64,000 nucleotides of DNA, taken from the NCBI RefSeq assembly GCF_051903065.1, contig NZ_CP178438.1; one strand, written 5' to 3'. A program made the translations under genes and the position numbers. This DNA is from Escherichia coli. Its GTDB lineage: Bacteria; Pseudomonadota; Gammaproteobacteria; Enterobacterales; Enterobacteriaceae. Under the pieces are notes generated by a model. It ran no database searches and was not told the origin of the DNA. It saw only the letters and a program-made list of their open reading frames with translations. Position 1 is the first letter of the stretch; each line of letters opens with the position of its first letter. Shown piece after piece: positions 31,971 to 44,144 of this stretch.

Positions 31971-33467
31971 TTACTGTGCAGGTGGAATATCCGTCACTTC
32001 AGGATGTACGTCATCCGTGGCGACAGAGGTGGTCGCAGCGGCGGTAGATGGGGCCATGATTTGATCCCAGGCCGCCTGCAACGCTTTCATGTTAAATTCC
32101 GGCTCGCCTTTCGGCTGCAGCAGTATTAACGCCATATCATTCGACAACTGCTGACGCAGATCCTGATTTAACATCTCCACAGTCAGGCTGTTAAGGAAAT
32201 CCTGCCGCAGTTTCTGATACTGCTCCGGCGCGATATCGACGACCTGATTTTGCAACGAACGCATCCGCTGACCCATCAGAATATCGGTATCAGCTCGTGC
32301 ATAGGCGGCAAACAGTTTCTGCAGCTCCAGTTTCTTTTGCGCCACTAACGCATTGAACTCTTCTTCCGGCAGACCTTTATCGCGAACCTTCGCCAGTTCA
32401 CGCGCCACCAGATTAAGGTTGCTGTTCAGCTTGTCGTTTGGTGATTCGATGTTGATGGCACACTGCGCACGCAGATACAGCACACGGCAGTCAAATCCAA
32501 GACCGATGTCTTTGCTATTACTGGCGCTTAACGCTTGCTGAACATGCCAGAACAGCGCCTCACGGGCCAGGTCCGCACGCCAGTAGCGCAGCAGTGCGGC
32601 TGATTCACGAATCGGCTGCCACGGCGTATCCCACATGATAGATAACCGGTCCTGACGCACCGCGTCAGTCATAATACTCACCGCTTCCGCACGCAGCGGG
32701 GAAAGCGTCGGCACCGGAGCCGGTGTTTCACGTTTGCCTTTCAGTTCGCCAAACGTTTTGTTGATTTGGTCGACGACCGAGCGCGCATCCACGTTTCCCA
32801 CCACCAGCAGCGTCATTGCATCCGGGGTGTACCATTTCTGATAGAAATCTTTAATTTTTTCCGCTTCAACGGGTTGTTTCAGCGGATCGGCAGGATCGTG
32901 ACCTAACAGGGTTGATCCTTTCAGACGATAACGCCACCAGCCCTCTTTAGTATCGGCAGGCCAGGTTGCCACCATGTCCTGACTTTGCAGCGCGTGGTTG
33001 ATGGTTTCTGGCGTGATAGTCAGTTTGCCAGTGGCATTTGCCAGATAAGAGAGCGCCTCTTTCAGCAAATCGTTACGGTTATTGGGCAAACTCAGATTAA
33101 ACAGCGTGGTGTCATAAGAGACAATTACCGGCGGCATCGGGCGTTTAGGGTCGATCCCCTGCTGCCACAATGAACGCGCCTGTGCTGCGTCAAGGCCACC
33201 GCTTTGCGTTAGCGCAATACGAGGGATGGCGTGACTGTAACCGCTCTGTTGTGTACTTTCGGCGAGCGAACCGGTATTAACCAGCAGGCGAATTTCAACA
33301 CGATCGCTGGGACGCTGGGGGGTGGTCAGCACTTGCCACTGTAAACCGTTGGAAAGCGTCCCCTGTTGCCATGCTGGATCAGGCTGGAGCGCATCTGCCT
33401 GCACATAGCCAGCAGTGGCCATCATCAGCAAACCGCCCGCTAAAAGTCGAATTTTTGTGCCCTGCAT
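31971..33467 (-). CDS. yhjJ: M16-family zinc-peptidase-like periplasmic protein YhjJ
   Basis: 498 aa with signal peptide (MQGTKIRLLAGGLLMMATAGYVQA). Confidence 0.9.
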   Translation of the reverse strand: MQGTKIRLLAGGLLMMATAGYVQADALQPDPAWQQGTLSNGLQWQVLTTPQRPSDRVEIRLLVNTGSLAESTQQSGYSHAIPRIALTQSGGLDAAQARSLWQQGIDPKRPMPPVIVSYDTTLFNLSLPNNRNDLLKEALSYLANATGKLTITPETINHALQSQDMVATWPADTKEGWWRYRLKGSTLLGHDPADPLKQPVEAEKIKDFYQKWYTPDAMTLLVVGNVDARSVVDQINKTFGELKGKRETPAPVPTLSPLRAEAVSIMTDAVRQDRLSIMWDTPWQPIRESAALLRYWRADLAREALFWHVQQALSASNSKDIGLGFDCRVLYLRAQCAINIESPNDKLNSNLNLVARELAKVRDKGLPEEEFNALVAQKKLELQKLFAAYARADTDILMGQRMRSLQNQVVDIAPEQYQKLRQDFLNSLTVEMLNQDLRQQLSNDMALILLQPKGEPEFNMKALQAAWDQIMAPSTAAATTSVATDDVHPEVTDIPPAQ

Positions 33468-33687
33468 GTGAACCCCTGATCAACTATCCTGGTAATAAAA
33501 AAACTGCCCGTTGTCGGTCAGTCTAAATGACGTTAAAAACACTTCGTGTTAGACCGCAAGAACATGAAAATGTCACGGAAGAAGTGAAATAAACCTGAAC
33601 TTACCCAGGTGGTAAGTTCAGGCACAGGGGTCAATTATGCGCAAACACCCGCACTCGGGGAAGGGAGTGCGGGCATAAGTGATGAGA

Positions 33688-35010
<1,323 letters not shown>

Positions 35011-35156
35011 TTATGGGGTACCTGCGGCCTTAAAATAACACCCAGACAACATCACAGAAATGTACCTGGATCATAATTGAAACAAAAAGGTTAAAAAGTT
35101 TGAGCTGGCTCGCACAAACCAGCACTTTTTAAAGTTTTGTAATCAGTTTGGGGTAG

Positions 35157-37145
35157 CTACTTTTCTTCCAGGTAACTCTCTTCGAAGATTTCAATAGGGA
35201 GTGGACGAGCAAAAAGGAAGCCCTGGGCAATACCAACGCCCGCTTTTGCCAGCCAGTCGCGTTGTGCTTCAGTCTCCACGCCTTCGGCAATCATTTGTAA
35301 GTTCAGGCTCTGCGCCAGCATGATAATTGCAGCAATCATGCTGCTATCTTCCGGCAAGCCTTCAACAAACATTTTGTCGATTTTCAGAACGTCGATTGGC
35401 AACGATTTCATATGCTGCAGCTGACGCAGCCCTGCGTAGCCCATGCCGAAATCATCCAGCGCCACCCGAACTCCGGCATTGCGCAGCGGACGGAGGATTG
35501 CCACCGCAGCATGAGGGTCGTCAATACGTCGGCTTTCTGTCACTTCCAGAATCAGTGTTCCCGGCTGAATGCGATAGCGGGTTAACAGTTCCAGCATATC
35601 CGCCACCATATTCGGGTGCATCAGTTGCAGCGCAGAGAGGTTTACCGACAAGGGCAGCATAATGCCGCGCTCTTGCCAGGCTGCAAGCAATCGACAGGAC
35701 TCTTCCAGCACCCAGTGACCGACGGTAACCATCAGCCCACAGCACTCAATGCGATCGATTAAGCCATCCGGCAGGTCCCAACTGCCATCCGGTTGCTGGA
35801 TACGCAGTAACACTTCCGCACTGACCAGTTTACCGCTGGTCATCTCGACCTGTGGCTGTAACCAAATAGCAAACTGATGATTTTCCAGTGCATTAAGGAT
35901 ATCGCTCTCTTCCGTCAACCGCTTCTGGGCAGCTTCCATCTGCTGCGGATCAAAGAACTGAATCTGATTCTTGCCTTTATGGCGAGCGGTAAATGCCGCA
36001 GAAATAGCGCGACTGTAAAGCTGTTCGGCGGTGAGATCGCCGTAGAACATCGCCACGCCAATGCTACAGTGCGGACGGAGTTGAATACGTTCAATCGACA
36101 GGCGCTCGCTCATGATAGTGAGCACTTGCTGACCTAAGGTGATTGCGTGCCACGGTTCCTGTACACCATTGGCAATGACAGCAAAGTCATAACCGCTAAT
36201 CTGCGCGAGGATCATACGTGGCGACAGTACCGATTTGAGTTTTTCCACCAGCGTCAGCAGCAGAATTTCTCGTTGCGCCTCTTGCAGCACACCCGCAGTA
36301 TCACGCAGGGTTTCACAGGTGATGATCATCAGCGCGGTGGTTTGTTTACGCGCGACAACCTGCTCCAGCATCTCCATCAGCAAGGCTTTGTTCGGCAAAT
36401 CCGACACCGGGAAGCGCATCGCATTTTCGTTCTGTTCTTCATAATGGCGCTGCAGCAATTGCTGGTTGAGGTTGTAACTGCGCACCAACATACCGATTTC
36501 ATCGTCCTGATGCAGACGCGGTAATGCCAGTTGGTGACCAACAAGCTCCTGGGCTGGGATGGCGTTAAGTTCGCGAGCAATATTGCGTAACGGATGCAAA
36601 ATCAGGCGGTTAATGCACCAGCTAATCGCCACCGTCAATATTAACGACAAAAGTAAGTAAATGGTCACTAACGTTGAGAGGGTGCTCATCACGAACTTAT
36701 ACATACGGAAGGAATCCGCCTGTAGCACCAGATAGGCAATTGGCTGCGGATTTGCCGGACGTTCGAGCGAGTAGACGCCCAGCGAGATTTGAACCGGTAG
36801 CTCAAACAGGCGAGTAACCATTACCGGCACCGGACGCTCTGGAATAAAACTTTTACGCAGCGCCTGGAACTGGTTAGGCAGCACTACATCGGCACGGCTG
36901 ACCACGCCTGCCGGTTTAATGCTGGCAAGAATAGCTTCCGCTTCGGGAATATCGCCTTTCAAAATGGCTGAAGATAAGGGTTCGCGGACAGAGCGAGCAA
37001 TGCTTTCCAGTTGCGTAGCCGTGTTATAGCGATTCTGCTGGACCAGATGGAACAGCAAAACGGTGCAAAAAATAAAAACGAACACCAGGACAACGGCTGC
37101 CACCATTGCCATCTGCTTGATTGTTAACGAGCGACTTACGCGCAA
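35157..37145 (-). CDS. pdeK: Membrane-anchored GGDEF-EAL protein PdeK
   Basis: 662-aa ORF with an N-terminal TM segment and a C-terminal EAL domain ([15 protein letters not shown]); exact start uncertain. Confidence 0.85.
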   Translation of the reverse strand: MRVSRSLTIKQMAMVAAVVLVFVFIFCTVLLFHLVQQNRYNTATQLESIARSVREPLSSAILKGDIPEAEAILASIKPAGVVSRADVVLPNQFQALRKSFIPERPVPVMVTRLFELPVQISLGVYSLERPANPQPIAYLVLQADSFRMYKFVMSTLSTLVTIYLLLSLILTVAISWCINRLILHPLRNIARELNAIPAQELVGHQLALPRLHQDDEIGMLVRSYNLNQQLLQRHYEEQNENAMRFPVSDLPNKALLMEMLEQVVARKQTTALMIITCETLRDTAGVLQEAQREILLLTLVEKLKSVLSPRMILAQISGYDFAVIANGVQEPWHAITLGQQVLTIMSERLSIERIQLRPHCSIGVAMFYGDLTAEQLYSRAISAAFTARHKGKNQIQFFDPQQMEAAQKRLTEESDILNALENHQFAIWLQPQVEMTSGKLVSAEVLLRIQQPDGSWDLPDGLIDRIECCGLMVTVGHWVLEESCRLLAAWQERGIMLPLSVNLSALQLMHPNMVADMLELLTRYRIQPGTLILEVTESRRIDDPHAAVAILRPLRNAGVRVALDDFGMGYAGLRQLQHMKSLPIDVLKIDKMFVEGLPEDSSMIAAIIMLAQSLNLQMIAEGVETEAQRDWLAKAGVGIAQGFLFARPLPIEIFEESYLEEK

Positions 37146-37226
37146 ATTGTCTCCCCCCGGAAATCCCAGATTGCCGCCCGAGTATACCCGATCGCAGCGG
37201 CATTAAGAGAGGCGCTATCTGAAAAC

Positions 37227-40200
37227 TTACCAGTCGGCGTAAGGTATCAGTGGCTGCGGCGGTAAATCCATGTCACCCTGCCATCCGGCGGCGGAATAAC
37301 GTACGTAGAGCAGGAAATGGCTGGGGGCGTAATCTTTCGCCTGCTGGATATCAATTGCCGTGCCGACAAACCAGTTGGAAGTAACACGTCGTTCAAGTAA
37401 TGCCCGCGCCGTATAGCCGAAGCCCTGGCTGCTGCCGCCATCGTTGGATTGCCGCGCAGCTTCTTCCTGCCAGTCGGTCGGGATCAGATTCATCAGCGGA
37501 TAACGCGGCATGGTTTTGGTGCGTGAATGCGACCACGAGCCAGACGCCCCCAGCTCCCACGACCAGTTTTCCGTGCGCTCCCGCCACATCACCGGTATGG
37601 CAAACGACAGGTATTCCTGCGGGCTGTAGTAACCGCCCTGACCGAGTGAGTAGCCACTCAGGTCTTTGTCGTAATGCCAGATCATGTTGTTCAGGCCGAT
37701 TGTGACGCGGCGATTGTTCTGGTTGATGACCTTATAGTAATAGCCCGTCATCCAGCGCACACGCCAGTTATCTTCGACATTTTTACCGGTTAACTGGTCG
37801 CCACTAAGCGATGCCCAGACGCCGTTTGCTTCACCTTTATCGTAGCTCAGGCTTAGCCCCACGCCGTCGGCACGCACGCCGCCCCATTTTTTCCCGGTAT
37901 TGCTCGGGGAGTCTTTTTGCCCACCAAAGGCCAGCAAAGAACTGGAGATGGGCCGACGGTGGGCGTTAACGGTGTAACCCAGCGGCCCGATATCATCGCT
38001 GTAACTGATGCCGCCGACCACATCCACCACGTTGAAGCCCATCGGCGTGGTGCCGATATCCCAGCTCCAGACGTCATTTCGCCAGCCGACCGCCACGCTG
38101 GCACCGGAATCCGACTGGCTGCGGTTGCCGCTACAGTCCTGTAATGTACAGGTGCCCCAGTTGTCATCCCATTTGCCATCGGCATTAGTGGAGAAACTGC
38201 CGACGTTCATATTGACGAAATCACTGCGAAAGAACATCCGCCCGTCAGAATACGGCGCATCCACCTGCAACATGGTAGTGTGCGCTTTCAGATCGGAGTA
38301 ACCACCGGTGCCGCTCGAACCCCAATAATCATGCTCGAGGGTGACGTTAAGATCCTGCTGGCGATAGAGGTCCGCCGCATCGCTGCGCACGCCGCGTTTC
38401 AGCCAGTCATCTTTCTCGTCGTTACGGGTCAGTCGGGTAAAGGTGTCGTTATCCTGCGGACGCGTCGTAGTCACACCGGATGCGACCATGGCGTCTTTGT
38501 AGGTTTCCAGCGCCTGCTTTGGATCGCCCGCCTGCGCTTCAAACTTCGCACCATCACGCAGTACCATCGCACTTTCCATCGACGGTGGCTGAGATTTTGC
38601 CTGCGGGATCACCTTATTAAACGTCTGCTGCGCCGCTGCGGTATCGCCAAGCTGCGCCTGCGCCAGCGCCACGCGCCGCTGTGTGTTCAGCGAGGCGTTA
38701 TCGGTGGCAGGCAGTTTCGCCAGCTGGCTACGTGCCGCCGATTTGTCACCAGCAGCAATATCCACTTCCGTCAGACCAAGAATGGCATCGGCGTTAGTTG
38801 GCTCCCGCGTCAGGACATTCTGATATGCAGCGCGGGCGGCGGTGTAATCACGTCGCTGCTGCGCCCAGTCAGCCAGCGTGAGGTCAATACGCGTGGAAGG
38901 TGGTTGCTGACGCAGCATCGCTTCCGCTTCAGCTTCTTTGCCGCTTTCTCGCAGGCGATTAGCGGTTTCCAGCACCTGATCGCTTTGCAGTCGATTAACC
39001 AGCTCCTGAATATTGCTGCTCCACTGCGCACGCGGCAGGCTGTTGATATGCGCCAGCGCCGCTCTGTCCTGGTCATGACCAGAGAGGTACAGCCCGTAAG
39101 CGTAAACCTGCTCCGGGTCGTTCGGCTTCTGCTGCGCCAGATTGCGCATTAACGTATCGGCCTGGCTGCGTTGTCCGGCCTGCCAGAGATCCTGCGAAAG
39201 TCGGTAAGTAATCCATACGCTGCCGGGGTCCAGCGCCAGTCGTTGCCGCTGAAGTGCTGCCGCCTGCGCCCATTTGCCCTGGTTTTCCAGTGCCTCTGCC
39301 TGCTGTGCCAGACGGTCGTTTTGCAGGCTGCGTTCGATATCATCAATGCTACGTCGCTGACTGGCAGAGAGCGAGGCGATAAACGCTTCAGCTTTTTCTG
39401 GCGATTGCTGGCGGTAAATATTTGCCAGCCCGCGCACGGCGTTAGTGTTGCCGCTGTCCATACGCAAGGTCTGCTGATAATAACGTTCGGCGGCGGGATA
39501 ATCTTTTCGCGCCATCGCCACATCGCCCAGCCCCAGCACTGCATAACTGTCGGTGTTATCGACATTACGCGCCTGCTGGAACAGGCGTTCTGCCCGGTCA
39601 GGATTATTGGCTTTCAGCGCAGCATCGCCCTGCTGGATTGCCAGCCAGTAACGGTTTACTTTCAGCAGACTGTTCCATTTGTCGTTGTTGCTGCTGTGCG
39701 GATCCAGTGCGAGGGCTTTTTCCAGATTCGCCACTGCATTGGCGCGATCGCCTTTCTGTGAATATGCCTGGCCCAGCGCCCCCAGAGCCTCACTGTCTTT
39801 CGGGTTCGCCCGCACTGCCTGTTGTAGTTCGGGAATGGCTTTACCCGCCATACCAGAGTCCACCGCCGCTAAACCTTGCGCACGAGCGCGGAAAGCAGGA
39901 TCGGCCAGCTGTTTTTGCTGTTCTGCCAGTTGCGATTGCGCAGCCGCCACGCTATCGCCATCACTAAAGATCGAAAGATATTTTTTCAGCGCCTGCACGC
40001 TGGCATCGCTGACGGGCATGTCTTTAATCTGCCCGTACCAGATTTTAGATGCCCCTTCGCGCCCGGCGTTCGATTTCGCCATCTGTTCCAGGACGGCAAA
40101 ACCTTCGTCACGGCGATCGCTACTAAACAGCAATAGCGCCAGATTGTTTTGCAGGCCCGTATTGCCCGGTGCATCCGCATTGATGCGTTTTAACTGATTA

Positions 40201-40700
40201 ATCGCTTCGCCACGGCGAGCCGGAATTTTCGCCACCGTACTCCAGTACTCGACAGCAATGTCACCTTCCGGCGGCGCACCGTTGAACAGCTTGTTGTAAC
40301 TCGCCACAGCTTCTTCCGCATGACCGGTAGTCGCCTGCAATCTTGCCTGTTGCAGTGCCTGACGACCATCTGGCGTGGAAAGTAGCATCGTAGTCCGCGA
40401 CGATTTATACGCATTTGAACTCGGCGCTAACTGCGACAGCCGATCGAGCTGTTTTTGCGCGCCATCAATATCGCCCTGACGTAACAAAGAACGGAAACGG
40501 GCGGCAACGACGTCCGGATTATTCGGATCAATAAGTTCCAGCCGATACAACGACTGTTGCACCAGGTCTTCACGATGGGTCGCTTCGCCTAACCGAACTT
40601 GCTCCAGCAACTGTTGCTGAGCGGTTGGTGCTGCCTCGACCATCGGCATGACGGCCAGACCGAGGGAAAGCGTGAATATGTTTAGTGTGAATTTGCGCAT
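37227..40700 (-). CDS. bcsC: Cellulose synthase outer-membrane subunit BcsC (TPR repeats plus beta-barrel)
   Basis: 1157 aa; signal peptide; long TPR-repeat region. Confidence 0.95.
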   Translation of the reverse strand: MRKFTLNIFTLSLGLAVMPMVEAAPTAQQQLLEQVRLGEATHREDLVQQSLYRLELIDPNNPDVVAARFRSLLRQGDIDGAQKQLDRLSQLAPSSNAYKSSRTTMLLSTPDGRQALQQARLQATTGHAEEAVASYNKLFNGAPPEGDIAVEYWSTVAKIPARRGEAINQLKRINADAPGNTGLQNNLALLLFSSDRRDEGFAVLEQMAKSNAGREGASKIWYGQIKDMPVSDASVQALKKYLSIFSDGDSVAAAQSQLAEQQKQLADPAFRARAQGLAAVDSGMAGKAIPELQQAVRANPKDSEALGALGQAYSQKGDRANAVANLEKALALDPHSSNNDKWNSLLKVNRYWLAIQQGDAALKANNPDRAERLFQQARNVDNTDSYAVLGLGDVAMARKDYPAAERYYQQTLRMDSGNTNAVRGLANIYRQQSPEKAEAFIASLSASQRRSIDDIERSLQNDRLAQQAEALENQGKWAQAAALQRQRLALDPGSVWITYRLSQDLWQAGQRSQADTLMRNLAQQKPNDPEQVYAYGLYLSGHDQDRAALAHINSLPRAQWSSNIQELVNRLQSDQVLETANRLRESGKEAEAEAMLRQQPPSTRIDLTLADWAQQRRDYTAARAAYQNVLTREPTNADAILGLTEVDIAAGDKSAARSQLAKLPATDNASLNTQRRVALAQAQLGDTAAAQQTFNKVIPQAKSQPPSMESAMVLRDGAKFEAQAGDPKQALETYKDAMVASGVTTTRPQDNDTFTRLTRNDEKDDWLKRGVRSDAADLYRQQDLNVTLEHDYWGSSGTGGYSDLKAHTTMLQVDAPYSDGRMFFRSDFVNMNVGSFSTNADGKWDDNWGTCTLQDCSGNRSQSDSGASVAVGWRNDVWSWDIGTTPMGFNVVDVVGGISYSDDIGPLGYTVNAHRRPISSSLLAFGGQKDSPSNTGKKWGGVRADGVGLSLSYDKGEANGVWASLSGDQLTGKNVEDNWRVRWMTGYYYKVINQNNRRVTIGLNNMIWHYDKDLSGYSLGQGGYYSPQEYLSFAIPVMWRERTENWSWELGASGSWSHSRTKTMPRYPLMNLIPTDWQEEAARQSNDGGSSQGFGYTARALLERRVTSNWFVGTAIDIQQAKDYAPSHFLLYVRYSAAGWQGDMDLPPQPLIPYADW

Positions 40701-41788
40701 TCCTGGCCCCAGTCAGGTAATAACTCACCTTTTGTCGAGAAGCGGAAACGGTGTTGATCCCAGCCTTGTCCAAACAGGGTCAGCACATAGTTGTAATAGG
40801 CATCGCTGCCGGGAAAGTTATCGGCCACGCGCTGGCGCTGAACGGCCTGCGCATCGCGGTTTTGTAAAAAGGGCAGCATGGCGGCAGAAAAACCGACCGG
40901 TCCTTTACCCTGCGCTTTCGCCGTAGCCACATCCACTTTTTCCGGCGGATAACCGTTTTTCTCAGTGAATGTCGCCATCGGTTTAAACCGGTTGAGCATC
41001 CGCGCTTTCTGCGGATCGCTGTCAGGCATCATGCCTACCCACATGTAAACGCGGATAGCGTCGTAGCTGCTGATCAATGTTTTTTCGGCTTTTAGCTGCC
41101 AGCCTTTGTCTTTCTCATAGCGCACCCAGTCTGGCGAAAAGCCTTTCGGGGCGGTTTCCAGCAATAAACGTTGATTGGTTTCGCGCAGCGTAGTCCACGG
41201 CGCGCCAAAGCGGGTGAAATACTGCGCCAGCGTCGGCGGCAGGTAGCTGGGGTTAAAACGCCAGCTGTTATCCTCAGCAAAACCCACTTTGCCCGGTAAC
41301 AACATGGAACCCAGCCCAGGCACCGTCACCACTTCCTCCCGCGCGATACGTTTTAGCAACGCGCTGCCGATGTCGGTATAACGCTGCTCTTTCCACAAAC
41401 GCCCCGCCTCCAGCAACGACCAGGCCATCCAGACATCACCATCGGAGGCCGAATTGCTGTCCAGCACTTCCCACTTACTGTTCTCTTTCTTGCCCCACAG
41501 CCAGGCGGGCAAACGTTCTTTTAAAGAACCCTGAGCGAGATTGTTCTGCGTCCAGTCGAGAATATTATCGAAAGCTGCACGGTCGTTAGCCGCCAGGGCA
41601 AAGAACATACCGTAACTTTGCCCTTCGGAGGTGGTGATTTTGCGCGCGTCGCTGGGGTCGATGACGCGCCCTTCCTGACTGATGTAATCCTTTTTAAACT
41701 GCTCCCAGGCAGGCCAGGTACAGGCTGCCTGAACACTAAAGGCAGCCAACAGCAGCATCGTCACGAGTCCACTACGCAACACATTCAT
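40682..41788 (-). CDS. bcsZ: Endo-1,4-beta-glucanase BcsZ (GH8)
   Basis: About 368 aa from [22 protein letters not shown]; overlaps the bcsC start by 19 nt. Confidence 0.9.
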   Translation of the reverse strand: MNVLRSGLVTMLLLAAFSVQAACTWPAWEQFKKDYISQEGRVIDPSDARKITTSEGQSYGMFFALAANDRAAFDNILDWTQNNLAQGSLKERLPAWLWGKKENSKWEVLDSNSASDGDVWMAWSLLEAGRLWKEQRYTDIGSALLKRIAREEVVTVPGLGSMLLPGKVGFAEDNSWRFNPSYLPPTLAQYFTRFGAPWTTLRETNQRLLLETAPKGFSPDWVRYEKDKGWQLKAEKTLISSYDAIRVYMWVGMMPDSDPQKARMLNRFKPMATFTEKNGYPPEKVDVATAKAQGKGPVGFSAAMLPFLQNRDAQAVQRQRVADNFPGSDAYYNYVLTLFGQGWDQHRFRFSTKGELLPDWGQECANSH

Positions 41789-41794
41789 CTTCAA

Positions 41795-44134
41795 TTACTC
41801 GTTATCCGGGTTAAGACGACGACGGCTGATAATACGCAGCAAACGCCACAGTACCCAGGCCAGCAGCACGACGCTGATAGCCGCCAGCACCGCCAGCAGA
41901 ATCGGATGGTTTGCCAGCGCATACCACAAGCGCTCGAACCACGGCAGATGACCTACGTAATAAACGTCGCCAACACGTAGGCTGTTGATACCGGACTCGC
42001 GGATCACCGCGACCGAACCGAACATGGTGGCGCGTTTGCCGCTATCGTTCACCGCATCGTTAAGCATTTCATAACCGCGTGGGCTATCTGCCAGCAGCGC
42101 AATCACGCTGCGCTGGTCGTTATACGGCGACTGGAAGCCAATCACCGCCGCCATCGCACCGGAAGAGGTCAGCGTTGACTGGGTTTCTGCCGCGCGATCG
42201 CTCTCGTCCGGCACAATGCCGGGGAACGGGGTCTGGCGCATCGGTGTTTTCACCCAGCTTTCGGTCGCCTGCACCAATAGGTCGATCTGCTTATCGTCTT
42301 TCAGTTTGTCCGGGATACCACCGATGATCATGATGTCGGCATCTTTGCCCTGAATGGTGCTGCCATCATCGGTCACCGTCAGATTAATCGCCGGGAAGCC
42401 CGTCTGTGCGCCGATAAAACCAACAGTATTCAGCAACGTTTCCATCTGTGCTTCGTTAGGCGTTTTCGGCATCACGGTGATGGTTTGCGACAGATCCGCC
42501 ATCCGGCTGAACGGGAAGCCCGCGTTAGCAAAGGCGCGTAGATCCGGCATCGGGATGAAGTGGTAATACTTCGAGAAGTCGATGGTGGAATCGTCACCAA
42601 TCACCACATGATTCTGCACCGGCTGGAAGGTAATACAGTTATCCACCGAACCGCCCGGCATCGGGTTCATATACTCAAAGTCGAAGCGCAGCTGGTTGGT
42701 CGCGCCCAGTTTCAGCGCCGGAATAGAGACATCCGTTTTGCCATCCAGCAAACCTTGTAATACCGGAATCCGCAGCAGCAGGCGGTTCGCCTCCTGTTTA
42801 CTGCTCAGGTTGAAGGATTGCAGGAACTGGTTATTCAGGCTGATATCCATCCGCGAACTGTCTTTCACCGGCGGCATGGTGTAGCGGTAATTAATATCCA
42901 TATCAATGCCGGTACTGCGCATCAGGTAGAGATCCGGCGGCAGGTTTAGCGAAACGTTAATCGCTGCTGGCTCAAGACCGCTGGATTGTAACTGTTCTTC
43001 ATAGGTTTTCAGTTCACCAAAGGTGACCGGACGATCGGTACGTACCCAGTTCGGCGCATCGTACGGCTTACGTGGTAGCAGCGGTTTCACTTCATTCACT
43101 ACCACGCTTTCACCACGGAACAGAATGTTACCCTGAGCGATACCTTTCGCTGCCTGCAACAGGTCTTTGTCGTCACGACCAAACACCACCAGCAGTTTGA
43201 CGTAAGGATTCTGCGGATGGTTAATCATCTCAATCACCGGGGCTTTTACCGCCGGATGATCGCGCAGGAAGTCCGGCCGTTTGTCGTTGGTTGCAAAGAC
43301 AATGGCATTGCGATCCGGCAGTTGGTTATAGAGCACCGAGAAGTTCTGCCCACGCCAGCCAGAACGCGAACCAAACCACGAGGCGACAATGGCAGAGGCT
43401 TGTTGCAGCCCAACATCCGGCGCACCCGCAAAGACCATCGGCAAGGTGTTGGTGCGGTTATCACGCGGGTCAAAGAATGGCACCGGGAAGTGTGACAGGT
43501 CATTCTTCACATTCAGGGTCTGATAGGTCAGATCCAGTCCACTGCTCCGCCCAACATCCAGCCAAAGCGTGGTGCTGGCCGGGTTTTCGCACACGTCCTG
43601 ATAATGGCCGACAAACTCCAGCCGCACACGGTTGAAGTCGGTAATAAACAGTGGATTAATGGGCATTTGCGCCAGCGTTTTTTTACCCAACTGTTCTTTG
43701 GTCACTGGCAGCACGCCCATCAGCTCATCATTGAGATAAACCTTTAACTGCGACTGGACAGGCAGTAACGATGGCGATGGCGTGTATTCGAGGTTGAGCA
43801 TCGCCTTCGTCACCACTTCATCGCTGCGCATACCAAACTCAATGCTGCCGTTCGGGTTAATGCCACGTAGCACCATGCTGCCCGGCGGCGGCGCAATTTG
43901 CGCAAAGGTCAGCTTCACATCACGCGAAGGACCGTTCTGCGCCACGACTGGCGCATCAGCGCCCTGCACGCCCGGCATCACTTGCCCCACCTGCGGATTT
44001 TGTTCCGTCTGGGCGGCTACAGCTGGCTCAGCATTGATCAGTGGTTGCGTTGCTGGCGTCGCCTGCGTCATGAAAGAGGGGAACGCACTCATCCCCATAG
44101 CCACTGCACAAATCCAGAATAGTTTTCTTTTCAT
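41795..44134 (-). CDS. bcsB: Cellulose synthase periplasmic regulatory subunit BcsB
   Basis: About 779 aa from MKRKLFWICAVAMGMSAFPSF (signal peptide); C-terminal TM anchor. Confidence 0.9.
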   Translation of the reverse strand: MKRKLFWICAVAMGMSAFPSFMTQATPATQPLINAEPAVAAQTEQNPQVGQVMPGVQGADAPVVAQNGPSRDVKLTFAQIAPPPGSMVLRGINPNGSIEFGMRSDEVVTKAMLNLEYTPSPSLLPVQSQLKVYLNDELMGVLPVTKEQLGKKTLAQMPINPLFITDFNRVRLEFVGHYQDVCENPASTTLWLDVGRSSGLDLTYQTLNVKNDLSHFPVPFFDPRDNRTNTLPMVFAGAPDVGLQQASAIVASWFGSRSGWRGQNFSVLYNQLPDRNAIVFATNDKRPDFLRDHPAVKAPVIEMINHPQNPYVKLLVVFGRDDKDLLQAAKGIAQGNILFRGESVVVNEVKPLLPRKPYDAPNWVRTDRPVTFGELKTYEEQLQSSGLEPAAINVSLNLPPDLYLMRSTGIDMDINYRYTMPPVKDSSRMDISLNNQFLQSFNLSSKQEANRLLLRIPVLQGLLDGKTDVSIPALKLGATNQLRFDFEYMNPMPGGSVDNCITFQPVQNHVVIGDDSTIDFSKYYHFIPMPDLRAFANAGFPFSRMADLSQTITVMPKTPNEAQMETLLNTVGFIGAQTGFPAINLTVTDDGSTIQGKDADIMIIGGIPDKLKDDKQIDLLVQATESWVKTPMRQTPFPGIVPDESDRAAETQSTLTSSGAMAAVIGFQSPYNDQRSVIALLADSPRGYEMLNDAVNDSGKRATMFGSVAVIRESGINSLRVGDVYYVGHLPWFERLWYALANHPILLAVLAAISVVLLAWVLWRLLRIISRRRLNPDNE

Positions 44135-44144
44135 CGCGTTATCA